A stretch of DNA of 63,785 nucleotides, filler included, from Diploschistes diacapsis (GCA_023645945.1; 26 parts of 26 records of this genome joined end to end with filler, not necessarily neighbours in it); one strand, 5' to 3'; positions 49,815 through 62,292 are shown, counted from the whole stretch's first letter. Made by a program: numbers and translations. The notes: generated by a model from the letters alone, not told the origin.

Positions 49815-51821
49815 TTAGAAGATTGGCGCTCGCTGCAATCCTACGCAGTACCGTACAAACAGGGTATCTACAAAATGTTCGTGCCTAATTCCCGGCGGTC
49901 TGCATTTGGCAAACTCGTCCAGCGCCTGTTGAACACTAAATCCCCTACGCTCAATCAAATAGCAGCAAATGAAGAAGCCTGTCCTATTGAATCCATAATG
50001 ACAGTGAACGCCGATTAACCTTCCGTCGTCAGGCTTTAATTCCCTGAGCCGATCGACGAGTGCGACGAAGTCTCTGACCTCGTCCACCGTGGGTGGTATC
50101 TTGGATACCGTTGGGAACTTGTGATATTCGATACCTCCGTCGTCCAGTCCTTGAGGGTTATACACCGGGCTCTCGTGGCTGATATCGATGACGGCCATTA
50201 TTCTTTCTCTCCATATCTCCACAAAGGATCCGGGAGAGTGAACCTCGTCAACCTCGCGCAGCGTTTTCATGGCTCTGAAAATGCCTTGAATAGGTTCCGA
50301 GACTGGTGTTACCACCGACCACTTGGCCAGGTTCTTCACGTCCCATTTGTTGGCTTCTTTAAAATGCTGCAGTTGCCAGCCTAGAGACAGTCGTTTGTCA
50401 ATGTGGCTGGCTAAGAAGTCCTGGATCAAACCGGATATTGTCCGGTAGGTTCTCGTATCATATAGCATACCATGCGCTGCTGGGCTCGGTATAACACTGA
50501 CCTTCAGTGCTGAATCCGCGTCTATAGTGCCACTTTCACCTACTGATTTACCAATAGACAAATTTCGGTTGGAGTCCGCTGGCTCTAAGTCCGAGATTTG
50601 CCGATCGTTTGCTGTTCTAGCCTTTCCGTCCACGAAAACGCGCTCGGGAATCCTCTTGCCAATGGCATCTGCAATGAGGCGGACTTCGTCCGGCGAAGTG
50701 ACTTTGTCCGCTGCTCCAGCCATAAGCTGAACAGGTATAGTGAGTTGACCCCAAACTTCAGGGCTCGGAAGACCTCCGCTCAGAGTCCCGTCTTCTTTTA
50801 CAGTGGGTATAGCGCCATATGCCATTCTAAGAAACACTTTGGTGCGACTTTGCTCGTTGTACCGCAGTTGGAGCTTCCTAGTGTCTTCGTTGGCCTCCTT
50901 TCCAACGAAGCGAAGCACGCTCGGGCTGTTCAATCCACCTCTTCTATCCCACCATCTGAAGATCTCAAATATCGCCGGTGGAATGTTCCCGAGCGCTTTG
51001 AAGTACTTGATCTGTTCTTTCGAGGGGCTAGAAGCCTTTGGACAGATAGCTACGATTCCACGGACAGTGTATCTCGCGTTAGGGTTGTTTGCATTACCAG
51101 AAGCTATTGTAACGGATAGAGAACATCCCATACTGTGAGCAACCAGGACAACATCGCGAATTGAAGATGCTTCACAAGTATGCTCAATAATAGTATTTAT
51201 TAGCTCTGCGAGGGACTGGTGTGAATAAGCATCCCAGCTCTTGGGCGAGAATTCTGACAAGCCGCATCCGGGAAGGTCAATTCCGAGGCAAGGGCTTATA
51301 TTGACAAAGGTGGTGAGAAGTGAAGAGAATTGGGCTAGAGATCCCCCGAGGCCGTGGATGAAGACCAGCAGAGGAAGCGGTCTCGGCATCGTAGGAAGTT
51401 TGTCTGCTTGAGGATGAGGATGATAAAAGGTGCGAATTCCAGCGTAGGTAGCTGTCGAGGTTGTATAAGTTTCGATCGTGGAGTGCTTTCTCAGTAATCC
51501 TGGATCATCCACTGCTCGGACGTTCAGACTGTTCTCGCTTAGACGTTGCTCGTCGTCGCCGCGGATCGAACGTTGAACATCCTTCGACCTCCACCACCTA
51601 CTGGTCCGTAACAAGCCGCATGCAGCAAAGAAAGTTAGCATTTCCCATAAGAAGGGATGCGCCTCGACGTAGTAAATAATAGGATGAGCAATGATAGCCC
51701 GAAAAGCTCCGCGAATGCTTTGGATCCAAGGCGTCAAGAAACTCAGAGCATCACGGAAGGCTGCCGGAAGAATTGCAGCCATTTGTTGAGCATTGACGGT
51801 AGATGCTACGGAAAGTAGCAT
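49815..51821 (-). CDS. Alpha/beta-hydrolase fused to a Cys-based (DSP/RNA-triphosphatase-like) phosphatase; start may be the ATG at 51782
   Basis: Intronless 668-aa ORF. Hydrolase motifs FIHGLGGS, IDLPGCG, AHSMG, GAADKVT and AAHGML; phosphatase P-loop GVHCHYGFNRTGFFIC with ALDEFAKCRPPGI. Confidence 0.88.
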   Translation of the reverse strand: MLLSVASTVNAQQMAAILPAAFRDALSFLTPWIQSIRGAFRAIIAHPIIYYVEAHPFLWEMLTFFAACGLLRTSRWWRSKDVQRSIRGDDEQRLSENSLNVRAVDDPGLLRKHSTIETYTTSTATYAGIRTFYHPHPQADKLPTMPRPLPLLVFIHGLGGSLAQFSSLLTTFVNISPCLGIDLPGCGLSEFSPKSWDAYSHQSLAELINTIIEHTCEASSIRDVVLVAHSMGCSLSVTIASGNANNPNARYTVRGIVAICPKASSPSKEQIKYFKALGNIPPAIFEIFRWWDRRGGLNSPSVLRFVGKEANEDTRKLQLRYNEQSRTKVFLRMAYGAIPTVKEDGTLSGGLPSPEVWGQLTIPVQLMAGAADKVTSPDEVRLIADAIGKRIPERVFVDGKARTANDRQISDLEPADSNRNLSIGKSVGESGTIDADSALKVSVIPSPAAHGMLYDTRTYRTISGLIQDFLASHIDKRLSLGWQLQHFKEANKWDVKNLAKWSVVTPVSEPIQGIFRAMKTLREVDEVHSPGSFVEIWRERIMAVIDISHESPVYNPQGLDDGGIEYHKFPTVSKIPPTVDEVRDFVALVDRLRELKPDDGRLIGVHCHYGFNRTGFFICCYLIERRGFSVQQALDEFAKCRPPGIRHEHFVDTLFVRYCVGLQRAPIF

Positions 51822-53384
51822 ACAAAGCCAAACTCCAAAGGTAAAGCGTAGGACTGGCGCCCGTGGACAAGGTGCCCTGGTTATAATACTGCCCAGGCTG
51901 GCTTGAGCTCTCCAGTAGCTTCAAGTATGACAACCACGAGGAGCCAATGGCAGGCATGGACACGGGCGGCTGCAGGCTCCTCTGGTTCTGGAAGTAACCA
52001 GCGGTAAGGTGCTTGCTCGATCGACAGCAACTTCACCCTTGGGGGAGGCTCAACACCGACGGCAGCTGATCGGAAATGCAACAAAGAGAGCACTAACCCA
52101 GCCTGCGGACAACTACAGAGCATGGCATCTCTAAAGCTTCTCTGTAAGATGGCTCGGTTAGCACAGAGGGAAGGGAGTGGGCCGAGCCTCCAGGCCTTCC
52201 GATCCTTACCACGTGTATCTCATGTTGCACACTTTCACCGAGAGCACGTTGAAGACCCCATGTTATAATAGGAGAAATGAAAGCTGCATGTGGTTTTGAC
52301 AATATTATGGAATGCAATTGGAAGTATGCGCTCCAGTTACTTTTCAAGTTGTATGAAGCGAGGCCAATCAAATCAAAAACTGATATCTGAATTACTAAGT
52401 TCACAGTAAGCGAATTTTTCTGTTGTCCCACCTGCACTTTCCCAATTTTTCGACCTGCTTTTTCATTCTCAATTCACGTTGATCTTGTTGATGTTCAAAG
52501 TTGTTGGTTCGTCCAACTCCAAGGAACCATAGTGTTCCCGAAGGCACAAGTACGACAACTATCATGTAAGACTTTTCCTTACTAGTACTCCGGTACAACT
52601 GCAGCTCTGATCCACACCTCCTTCACCGCAAGACCAAGACGAGGGGTTGTCATGTCCAGCAGCCCACCTTTAGCCCAGGTGACTAAGAACGAAGAACGAA
52701 GCGTTGATAGTTTCCAGGCCCCGTTGTCATGGGTGAGTCGGTGATCAGCAAAACGAGAGCCTACGTTGTGCCCTCTACAATATTCCAAGATAATGTCGTT
52801 TCAAGGACCCTTCCAGATTTCCAAAGTGAATTGACATGGCGGGAATGCTGCTCCAAATGGATGATATGAGGACTTCGGGCAGAACGACTGCCACGCATCC
52901 GACAAGTGCTAAGTCTCCAATTATCTTACCTCGCAGATTGGGACGCTCTATTATAGGTAGCTCCTAGGTTTGCTGTGACACGATGTCACCCGTCAGATCC
53001 TCCAGCTCAGGTACGTGTTCCTGGAAGAGTTGTTCCCCAATAACAAACCTAAAAATGGCGAACCGGGTGCTGGATTTTTTACCTCGTACAGTGTGTGCGG
53101 TACCGAGACTTTCCTGCCGTAAACACCACCTCTCATTTTCGTCTCATTTTCAAGTACCTTTACCACATTGTTCAGTATTGGGGTTTGCTTGAGAGAATCT
53201 TCAATTTCATTACGTTTCACTGGGCTGCATCTATCAGAGCATTCGCTGCTGTTACCGCCTTTTGCCATCTTACTTGCGAATTCATCGTACTGTCTTAAAC
53301 TTTAGGTCTTCAGCCTAAGTTTCACTTCTTTCATATTCTCCTACTTCGACCCAGTTCGACTGGATCACTGCGGCCTATCGAACA

Positions 53385-55777
53385 ATGGAAGCGTCGAATC
53401 TGAAAAAGCAGAACGAGCTAGAAGAACCTCGATATCTCAATTTCCGTCACTTGCCAGAGGGCAGCACTCGGAATGGGAAACCCGCCCTAAATAGATACTC
53501 TTGGGCTTTGACAAATGCTCATGATTTTCCTGGGGCCAAGGTAGCAACCGTCAGCCTAGGTGACATCGCCGGTGGGCTCACACCCTGTCTAGGCGATGCT
53601 GTATGCAGCCGGTGTACCAGACCTGGAGACGATGCAGAGTGCTCCCCACGTGGGGATTGCATCTGTATGGTGGCAGGGTAACCCTTGCAAGTACGATTGT
53701 TCGGCCTGGCCGAGTTCGATGTATGCTGATAAGTCAAAGCATGCATTGTAAGTGAAGCAGAACGCTATCAATACGATCTGCTTCGAAGCAGCTGGGAGAG
53801 TTCCTTGGTTGACCTCGACTGCTCTGCAGTGCTCGATCTTGCCAAAATCGTGAAAAATACAGTCCAGAAACAAGGGATGCTGGGATGGCAGTACAACACC
53901 ATCGGGGTAAAGAACTTTCGACACGTTTTCAATCCTAAGCTAAGTACTCCTACCGCAGGTGTCCGATGGCATTACTATGGGTTCAGAAGGTAGTAGTAGC
54001 AAAGTAAAGTCTTTTTGTCTTGTTAACTTCCTTAGGCATGCGATTTTCTTTGCAGTCGCGGGAGATTATCGCGGATTCAATAGAAACTGTCACATGCGCT
54101 CAATGTCATGATGCCTGTATTGCTTTGCCCGGGTAAGTGAAGCCATCTTATGAAGACTGCGACAGAAGGTAAACGGATGCTAGTTGTGATAAAAATATGC
54201 CAGGGGTGGTCATGGCCATGGCACGTCACAACCGACCTTCAATTATGGTATATGGAGGGTCGATCGGTCAGTGCGTAGACTGAATAGCAGACATAAGCTC
54301 AACCCACCACAGCTCCAAGCTACAGCAACACACTCCGCAAGCCTATCAACATCTCCACATGTTACGAAGCCCACGGAGCTTACATCTACAATACGCTCAA
54401 GCAGCCCGATGATGGTGGTGACACGTCAAAGACCAAGGACGAGATTCTCACCGACATTGAACAGCATGCCTGCCCAGGCGTCGGCGCGTGTGGCGGGATG
54501 TATACAGCTAACACAATGGCAACCGCCATCGAGTCAATGGGCCTGACTCTACCAGGCTCATCGTCGACTCCCGCCGAGTCTCCTGCCAAAATGCGCGAAT
54601 GCGAGAAGGCTGGCGCGGCCATCAAGATCTGTCTGGAACAGAACATCCGCCCACGCGACCTACTGACCAAGCGATCTTTTGAAAACGCCCTTGTCATGAC
54701 CATGGTATGCCGATGGATCTCTCGCTGTCCTCTTATTGTTTCCTCTCACCACGCTAACCCATTTTCTCTTACGCTGTCTCACCCTCCACCAGCTCTCCTT
54801 CCATAAAGTCCGGGCTAATACATTTCAAACTTCAGGCACTCGGTGGCTCTACCAACGCTGTGGTGCACCTACTCGCCATGGCTACCACAGCCGGCGTCCC
54901 ACTAGCCCTCGATGACTTCCAACGCGTCAGTGACAAGATTCCTTTGATCGCTGACCTCGCTCCCAGCGGGCGCTATTTCGTAAGCCCATCATCCACCCCC
55001 TCTCCCAATCCCGACCACTAACATCCGACCTCCAAGATGGGCGACCTCTACACAATAGGCGGCATCCCCGCCGTCCAAAAGCTCCTAATCGCCGCCAACC
55101 TCCTCGACGGTTCCATCCCCACCGTGACCGGCAAAACCCTCGCCGAGAACGTCTCTCCCTTCCCCTCCCTCCCGCAAGACCAAACGATGATCCGCCCCCT
55201 CTCCAACCCCATCAAGGCCACAGGCCACCTCGCCGTGCTCCACGGCAATCTCGCCCCCGGTGGCGCCGTCGCCAAAATCACCGGCAAGGAAGGCACGCGC
55301 TTCGTCGGGCGCGCGCGCGTCTTCGACAAGGAGAGCCAGCTGGACGCCTTCCTGGCCTCAGGCGTCCTGAAGCCCACCGACCCGGACACAGTGCTCGTCG
55401 TGCGCTACGAGGGGCCGAAAGGCGGGCCCGGCATGCCGGAGCAGCTGCGCGCGTCGGCAGCGCTGATGGGCGCGCGGCTGCACAATGTCGCGCTCGTCAC
55501 GGACGGACGGTACTCGGGCGCCAGCCATGGCTTCATCGTGGGGCACGTCGTGCCCGAGGCAGCGGTCGGTGGGCCGATCGCGCTGCTGAGGGACGGGGAC
55601 GAGGTGGTTATTGATGCGGGGAGGAGGGAGTTGAGGGTTGAGGTCAGCGAGGAGGAGATGGATAGCAGGAGGAGGGAGTGGAGCGCGCCGCGGAGGACAG
55701 TCACGAGGGGGGTGCTGGCGAAGTATGCAAGGCTTGTAGGGGATGCGAGTTCGGGGGCGATGACGGATATTTGGTGA
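53385..55777 (+). CDS. ILV3: Dihydroxy-acid dehydratase, IlvD/Edd family (~608 aa, 10 exons: 53385-53540, 53593-53690, 53740-53747, 53830-53906, 53959-53989, 54036-54132, 54184-54266, 54313-54704, 54836-54979, 55037-55777)
   Basis: Spliced frame of 1827 nt contains [71 protein letters not shown] and [11 protein letters not shown]. Confidence 0.93.
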
Positions 55778-55931
55778 TAGGCGGAGGGGTAGATGAGGCT
55801 GGGGGTGGAGGTGGATGGACAAGTTGGAGGGNNNNNNNNNNNNNNNNNNNNNNNNNNNNNNNNNNNNNNNNNNNNTTAATTAATTAANNNNNNNNNNNNN
55901 NNNNNNNNNNNNNNNNNNNNNNNNNNNNNNN

Positions 55932-56413
55932 TATTAGTTCTTTAAATCTAATAAAGCACGCGAGGATCAACGATAGATCAAAACATATCGATATTATCTA
56001 TTATTATATACGGGATCTAATCAAACGAGGTCGTATTAATATTATTTATATATCTAAAAACAAAATGATTGCCGACGGATTAACGAAACCACTAAATTAC
56101 GCTAAGCACGACATTTTTATTAAAGAATTTGAACTAGTATAGAAGGCATCTAGCTGAACTAAATAAATATGCCGATGGTTCCGCCCGTGGGGGAGTGTTG
56201 AGCAGGCAGGCAGAATACATGGCTGGGAAGTTCAGCTAAACCTCAGGTTCAGGTTCAGTTCAGCTGAACCTACTGGGGTTCCTGCTAATCCTAATCGGGA
56301 GTAGTGCAAGTCTATAGGGCTTAATGGATCCTATTGGTATAAGAGCTTGCATATAGACTCTTCCTTCTAGTTAGACCTCTAGATATCTAGACTTCAATAC
56401 ATGCGTTGCCCAA
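55932..56413 (+). mobile_element. Ty1/copia 3' end (RNase H relic, PPT, LTR from 56196)
   Basis: KHARINDRSKHIDI...MIADGLTKPL; PPT GTGGGGGAG followed by TGTTGAGCAGG. The LTR 3' end runs into an A tract. Confidence 0.85.
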
Positions 56414-57068
56414 AAAAAAGAAATAATTAATAAAAAAATCTTATAGATTCTAAGTTTAACGAACGTTGCCGGGTATTAAAGCAAAAGATAATCGAAATAT
56501 AACGACTTTTATAAAATTAAAACGCTAAAAAAAGATATTTACGGTCCGTTATTGTCGCTTTATAGCCTATTATATCTAATAAGACGAAAAACGAGAACCG
56601 GATATATGAAAAATTATTATAAAAGATATCGAAAAATCAAAAAAAATAAATCGAAAAATATAAATAATGTTACTTAACGAAAGTATATCGAGAAAGATTT
56701 TATTAAATCGTTCCCGCGTTCCCGCCGTCCAAAAGCTAAGGATCTTAAAAAAAATAACCATTAATCTATTAAAAGAATAGGTTCTTAAGATTATTAAGGA
56801 AACTGAAATCAAGATTATTTTAAAAAAAGCCTTTCAAATAAGAATCATACGTTTACTTTAAGAATAATTAAAGAATCATACGGTCGAAAAAAATGCTCGC
56901 GTAAAAGATTCAAGACCGGAAAAGTTTATTTATTCTATACATAACTTATCCGTTAAATAATCTAACACNNNNNNNNNNNNNNNNNNNNNNNNNNNNNNNN
57001 NNNNNNNNNNNNTTAATTAATTAANNNNNNNNNNNNNNNNNNNNNNNNNNNNNNNNNNNNNNNNNNNN

Positions 57069-57645
57069 TAGCGCTATCCCACTGAGCCAAAAGACTAACA
57101 CAATGCTTTCAGGAACCCCGAAGCACTGTTTCCCTATTACACTATATGTAGGTGCGTGGCTGTGGCAGCAGGGGGACCTGAACCCCAGGGCACACCTTTG
57201 GGCGTTACAGCTATCTTTCCTCCCCACAGTGCTGGCCCCCCAGTATTTATCACGTCTTATATAGCGTCCCGAGTATATTAGATACCCTAAACCGTTTCTA
57301 ATATTTACGTCATGGACTCAGAGGCGGGGTTACTTAGCCGCACCTAAGACTAACCGCATATTCCATATAACGTTAACCCCGCAAAATCGCACGCTCAACC
57401 GTAGCGCAACAAATTCGACTATATAAATAACAAGCCTTATGCTCGAACCAACGACCTAAGAAATGAAAGTATAACTATAACAGCGGGGGTAGTACCTAAT
57501 AGGGTAACGCTATCCTACTAAACCAAAAAACTAACATAATGCTTTCAGGAACCCCGAAGCACTGTTTCCCTATTACACTATATGTAAGTGCGTGGCTGTG
57601 GCAGCAGGGGGACCTGAACCCCAGGGCACACCTTTGGGCGTTACA
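57069..57645 (-). mobile_element. TRIM-like miniature LTR retroelement (5' LTR 57645-57476, internal 57475-57210, 3' LTR 57209-<57069)
   Basis: Two direct repeats 436 bp apart beginning TGTAACGCCC on the minus strand. PPT GTGGGGAGGAAAGATAGC lies directly before the second copy; no recognisable coding region between them. Confidence 0.7.
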
Positions 57646-58205
57646 CTTAGGGTGCTATAATCTATCATAACGTAGGAAATATACTACAACTTTTTTTATT
57701 AATTTATTTTATTTATCGATAAGTCTGTTAAGCTATTTATCGAAATCGATATTAACGGATAAAACATTATCGATTTACGTGTCAATAACGTCGACAATAA
57801 TTCCGTAATTAGGCGGCAATGCCGCAAATAATTATTAAAAAAAAACTTTTAAGGCGTACTCGATTTGTTTATACGATAACTTCTTTAAAAGTTTTATTAA
57901 ATACATTTATGCTTTTTAAATAGTCGTGCCTTCCTTAAGTTTATAATTAGCGAACTTAAGGTTTAGTTAGCGACGTTCAGGTTTAGTAATCGCCTGGTAT
58001 TTTGCTTATAAAGAATCCCATCTAGCTTTCATAATAGGTAAATCACGAAAACGTTCTTAATCGATCTCTCCTATACAGATCATAATCTAGTAGTTTACTT
58101 TAGATNNNNNNNNNNNNNNNNNNNNNNNNNNNNNNNNNNNNNNNNNNNNTTAATTAATTAANNNNNNNNNNNNNNNNNNNNNNNNNNNNNNNNNNNNNNN
58201 NNNNN

Positions 58206-58825
58206 CGTTAAAAATTAGATCGCATATTTAAACCGATTTCTTATATTCCGTTATATCTAGGTTCGGAATATCGTTGCCCTTCGAAATCTACGTAATTAAT
58301 ATTATGGCTAGTGAAAGCGTGGTTTCGATATTTTTATTAATTAAATCGTCGGTGTCGCCTTGCTAGATTATAATATCCGAATTAATTATAATTTCTTTTT
58401 AAGATTATCCGTCGGTCGAATAATCTTCTATAAGAATAACTATAATTACGTTAAGATAATATTAATCTATCGCGGTTAAAATATCCTTCCTAACGATTTT
58501 ATTTTTAGATCTATAATCTCGAGCGAAGTAACCTATCTTATCACATTTAAAGCACTTCTTTTCTTTAATTAAAGGTCCCCCGTTAGGTCCTTTAGCTCCT
58601 TTCTTCTAATTGGGCCGGGATTTACCAATTAAAGTATCGAAATCTATAACGTCGTTATCTATGTATTTTATATTTTATATATTCTTTATCGTTAATCGTC
58701 CCGAAGGTCAATTAAACTTATCTTTTAAATCCCGTAAAGTTTTTTAATATTTCGTAACTATTCTCTTGACTTTTTAAATATACGTCGAAATAAGGTTTTA
58801 TTTATATTAATACGCGGTTACGTAT
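58206..58825 (-). mobile_element. Gag zinc-knuckle region relic of an LTR retrotransposon (probably gypsy)
   Basis: Minus strand ~58570-58510 reads LIKEKKCFKCDKIGYFARDYR, a RIP-mutated CX2CX4HX4C. Confidence 0.65.
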
Positions 58826-59241
58826 TGTTACGATCCAAGGTACTGTTCGGCAGTACTTGGCACGCAACAGCTAGTCGGGCACTTCCCAGCCATTCCTTAT
58901 ATATAGTCCAATTAGGGTGACACGGGTCACGTGATAAGTAGAAGGTTTTAAAGATCATTCTACCCGATTATAAATAGAAAAAAAGAACGGTAATTCTGTT
59001 TATTTATTTATTTATTCTGTTAAAGGAGCTATTGGTTATATAAGAACGTCGTTATGACCTTTATAAGTTTAGGGCGTGTTTATTTTTATAGATATCTTGA
59101 ATTATTGTTTAAGATCAATTTATATTCGTTATTTTTATTATTTTAGAACCTTCTTTTTAAAAATAATTTAAGATTTATAACTGCTTTATCTTCTTTTTTT
59201 ATTATATTTCTTTTCTAATAGAGACCAAATCTACCTTAATT
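58826..59241 (+). mobile_element. LTR family A copy
   Basis: Starts TGTTACGATCCAAGGTACT. Confidence 0.8.
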
Positions 59242-59341
59242 NNNNNNNNNNNNNNNNNNNNNNNNNNNNNNNNNNNNNNNNNNNNTTAATTAATTAANNN
59301 NNNNNNNNNNNNNNNNNNNNNNNNNNNNNNNNNNNNNNNNN

Positions 59342-59639
59342 ACGTATGAAACCGCTTATAATTATATATTCAAAAAAAATATTTTTTGCTACGTTATAAC
59401 CGAATTTGAAAGATAAAATAATACGTGTTTTCGAGTCCTTACGTTCAATTCGCTTTAAAAAAATAAATGCTGATATAATCAATATACAATTTTCGGGCAC
59501 GTTAGATGATTGAGATCATAGTAATGGTTCGAAAAAAATCTAAAATAACCATTATATTCGAAGAATTATTAAAGATTTAAAATGTTTCTTGGCAAAGTGG
59601 CCGAGCTTTGGGGGTGGCCGAGCTGACCGTGAAACACGT
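59342..59639 (-). mobile_element. Fot1/pogo element, opposite (probably 5') end with TIR
   Basis: GTGGCCGAGCTTTGGGGGTGGCCGAGCTGACCGTGAAACACGT followed by TA; reverse-complement match to the TIR at 2851 with a different internal sequence. Confidence 0.75.
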
Positions 59640-60477
59640 TATATGTTTAGAAACTGGTTTTTAAAAAAATGTCAACGAACGTCGGTTATATAAATAACTC
59701 GGACTCGAAAAAAATAAGCTGGAAAAATTCTTTTTAAAACTTGTAAAGAAACATGCTTACTATAATAAGACAATTTCAAAAAAATGACGTTATAAAAAAA
59801 CATTTAATAACCTTATATCATATTTTTAAGATTAAAATAGCTATAATCAATAAATGCATACATAACTTTAAAATAAACATATATATCATAATTAACGAAT
59901 CTTATGGCCGATATATTACGAAACTTCTAGCCGTTAACATAATAGACCTATTTACGCATATCCGGACCCGAGGATTCGAACATAAAAACGAATAAAATAT
60001 CTCGAAAGGAATAATAACGAGCGTTTAAATTTAACGGCCACGTTTTAAAGATTAATTAATTATTTTAACGACATTAGGACACGTATTTATCTTAATAAGA
60101 AACATATGTTTTTGAAAATATTAAATATGGCTTGACTCTTAAAAAAACAGAAAGAGAGTTTTAAATAAAAGATCAAAATAGACCTTTCGGAATATTAAAG
60201 TATCCTTAAGCTTAACTATATTCCGAATAAATAAAAGAATTAATAACACGTTAATAACGAAGAACGGATATTGAGAACGATTAAAAAATTTAAAAAATCG
60301 TTTTGGATTAAAATAAGTAACGGATTAACGACGTATTAATTATTCGTCGCTAACTTACGAAAAAGGAAATTTAGATCNNNNNNNNNNNNNNNNNNNNNNN
60401 NNNNNNNNNNNNNNNNNNNNNTTAATTAATTAANNNNNNNNNNNNNNNNNNNNNNNNNNNNNNNNNNNNNNNNNNNN

Positions 60478-61046
60478 GTCTTATAATGCTCATAATTTTT
60501 AAGAAATATTGATTATTCTGATCTTATAGGATCATCTTTATATACTATCAATCTACTCGGTGATAATATTAGTTCTCTAAATCTAATAAAACACGTAAAA
60601 ATCAACGACCGTTTAAAACACGTCGACATTACTTATTATCACGTACGAGATCTTATTAAGTAAGAACGTATTAAGATGTTTTATATTCTTATCGATAAAA
60701 TGGTTGTTAATAAATTTACGAAATTACTAAACTACTCGAAGCACGACGTTTTTATTAAGGGACTTAATCTAATTTAAAAGATATCTAATTAAATTATATA
60801 ATTATACCGGACGATTCCGCCTGTGGAAGAATGTTGAACAGGCAAATAAAAGATATGGCTAAAAATCTAATTAAGTTTTAGAAGAAGGTTCAGTTTAATT
60901 GAACCTTCTAGAATCCCAACTAGACCGGTTTAGGAATAATATAGGTAATAAAGCTTAGCGTATCTCATAAGGATAAAAGTCTGTAAAGTAGGATAATTTC
61001 CTAGATAGACCTCTAGACTTCAATACATCCATTACGTTGCCAAACA
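60478..61046 (+). mobile_element. Ty1/copia 3' end (RNase H relic; LTR 60832-61046)
   Basis: Colinear with 32120-32685; LTR TGTTGAACAG...TGCCAAACA. Confidence 0.88.
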
Positions 61047-61973
61047 TACAAAATAATTAATAAAGATTAAATAAATACTTAATCATATTTTCACGATTAT
61101 TTTTCACGACCATTTCTTACGATCATTTTACCTTATCCGAAGCTTTATGTTATCGTAAGGATATAATATTTTATCTTTTATTTCCTATTATTCTTTTTTA
61201 GACTGTTATAATTTTATGTATTATCGCGTAAACGGAGGACGAGAGAAATAAACGGTCCTATATTTCTTCGTATAGCCTAAGAACGGAGAAGAAAAACGGT
61301 TTTATATATCACCGCGTAAACGAAGAACGATAAAAAAAAGAATTCTATATAACGTTATCGATAATAGAAGTTATTCGATTATAAAAAAAAAGTTTTTTTA
61401 TATAAAGTTCTTATCTATTATCCGTAATAAACTAATTCTTTTTAGATTCGGATTTTTAATCGGCCCGAATAGTCCGTTGTTATTATTATTTTTTCGATTT
61501 TGAAATCTAATATNNNNNNNNNNNNNNNNNNNNNNNNNNNNNNNNNNNNNNNNNNNNTTAATTAATTAANNNNNNNNNNNNNNNNNNNNNNNNNNNNNNN
61601 NNNNNNNNNNNNNCCTTTAGCGAACTTAATAAATTATAAAGATAAACTTAAGGAATACCAGAATACTTACCCGTTAATAAATTAATTAATATAGGACCAA
61701 CGGGACATCAATTGGAACTAATCTGGTGAAACGGAAACCTTATCCCCCAGAATCTAGTTTAAGTGACTAAACGATATCGCCGTTAATTCAAACAATTCTA
61801 AACCGAATTCCGTTAATAAACCTTTTTAGATATTAATATATGCTTTAGATGACTCTAAATCCAGTTCGTTCGCTAAATAACGCGTTTATTCGTTAATACG
61901 ACCTTCCGTTAACTTAAAAACCTTTTAATTACGACGAATACGACGTTTACGTTAAAGACGACGATCCTTAACT

Positions 61974-62292
61974 TAGGCTGGCCGTTTCGTTCCACGGTCA
62001 CTGACACGGACACTATAACAATAATTTTTAAAACACGGACACTAATACGGACATTATAACTAAAAATTTAAAACACGGATACTAACATAAACATTATATT
62101 AACTTATAATAAAAGCACGGACACGAATATTATAATTAAAATTTTTAAAATATTAATATTAATACGGACATTGCACTTTCGTGAATCCACGGACACGGAC
62201 ACCGTAATTAAAAAATCTAAAACAGGAATATTGACACTATCAGTATCCGTGTTACTGACACGGCCGTGTCAGTGTCAGTGACGGCCAGCCTA
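61974..62292. mobile_element. Complete hAT-like MITE, 319 bp
   Basis: Perfect TIRs TAGGCTGGCCGT...ACGGCCAGCCTA. Confidence 0.85.

Noticed and set aside
59642..60377. Possible piggyBac-like transposase relic
   Set aside because: Too degraded to confirm any catalytic motif by eye.
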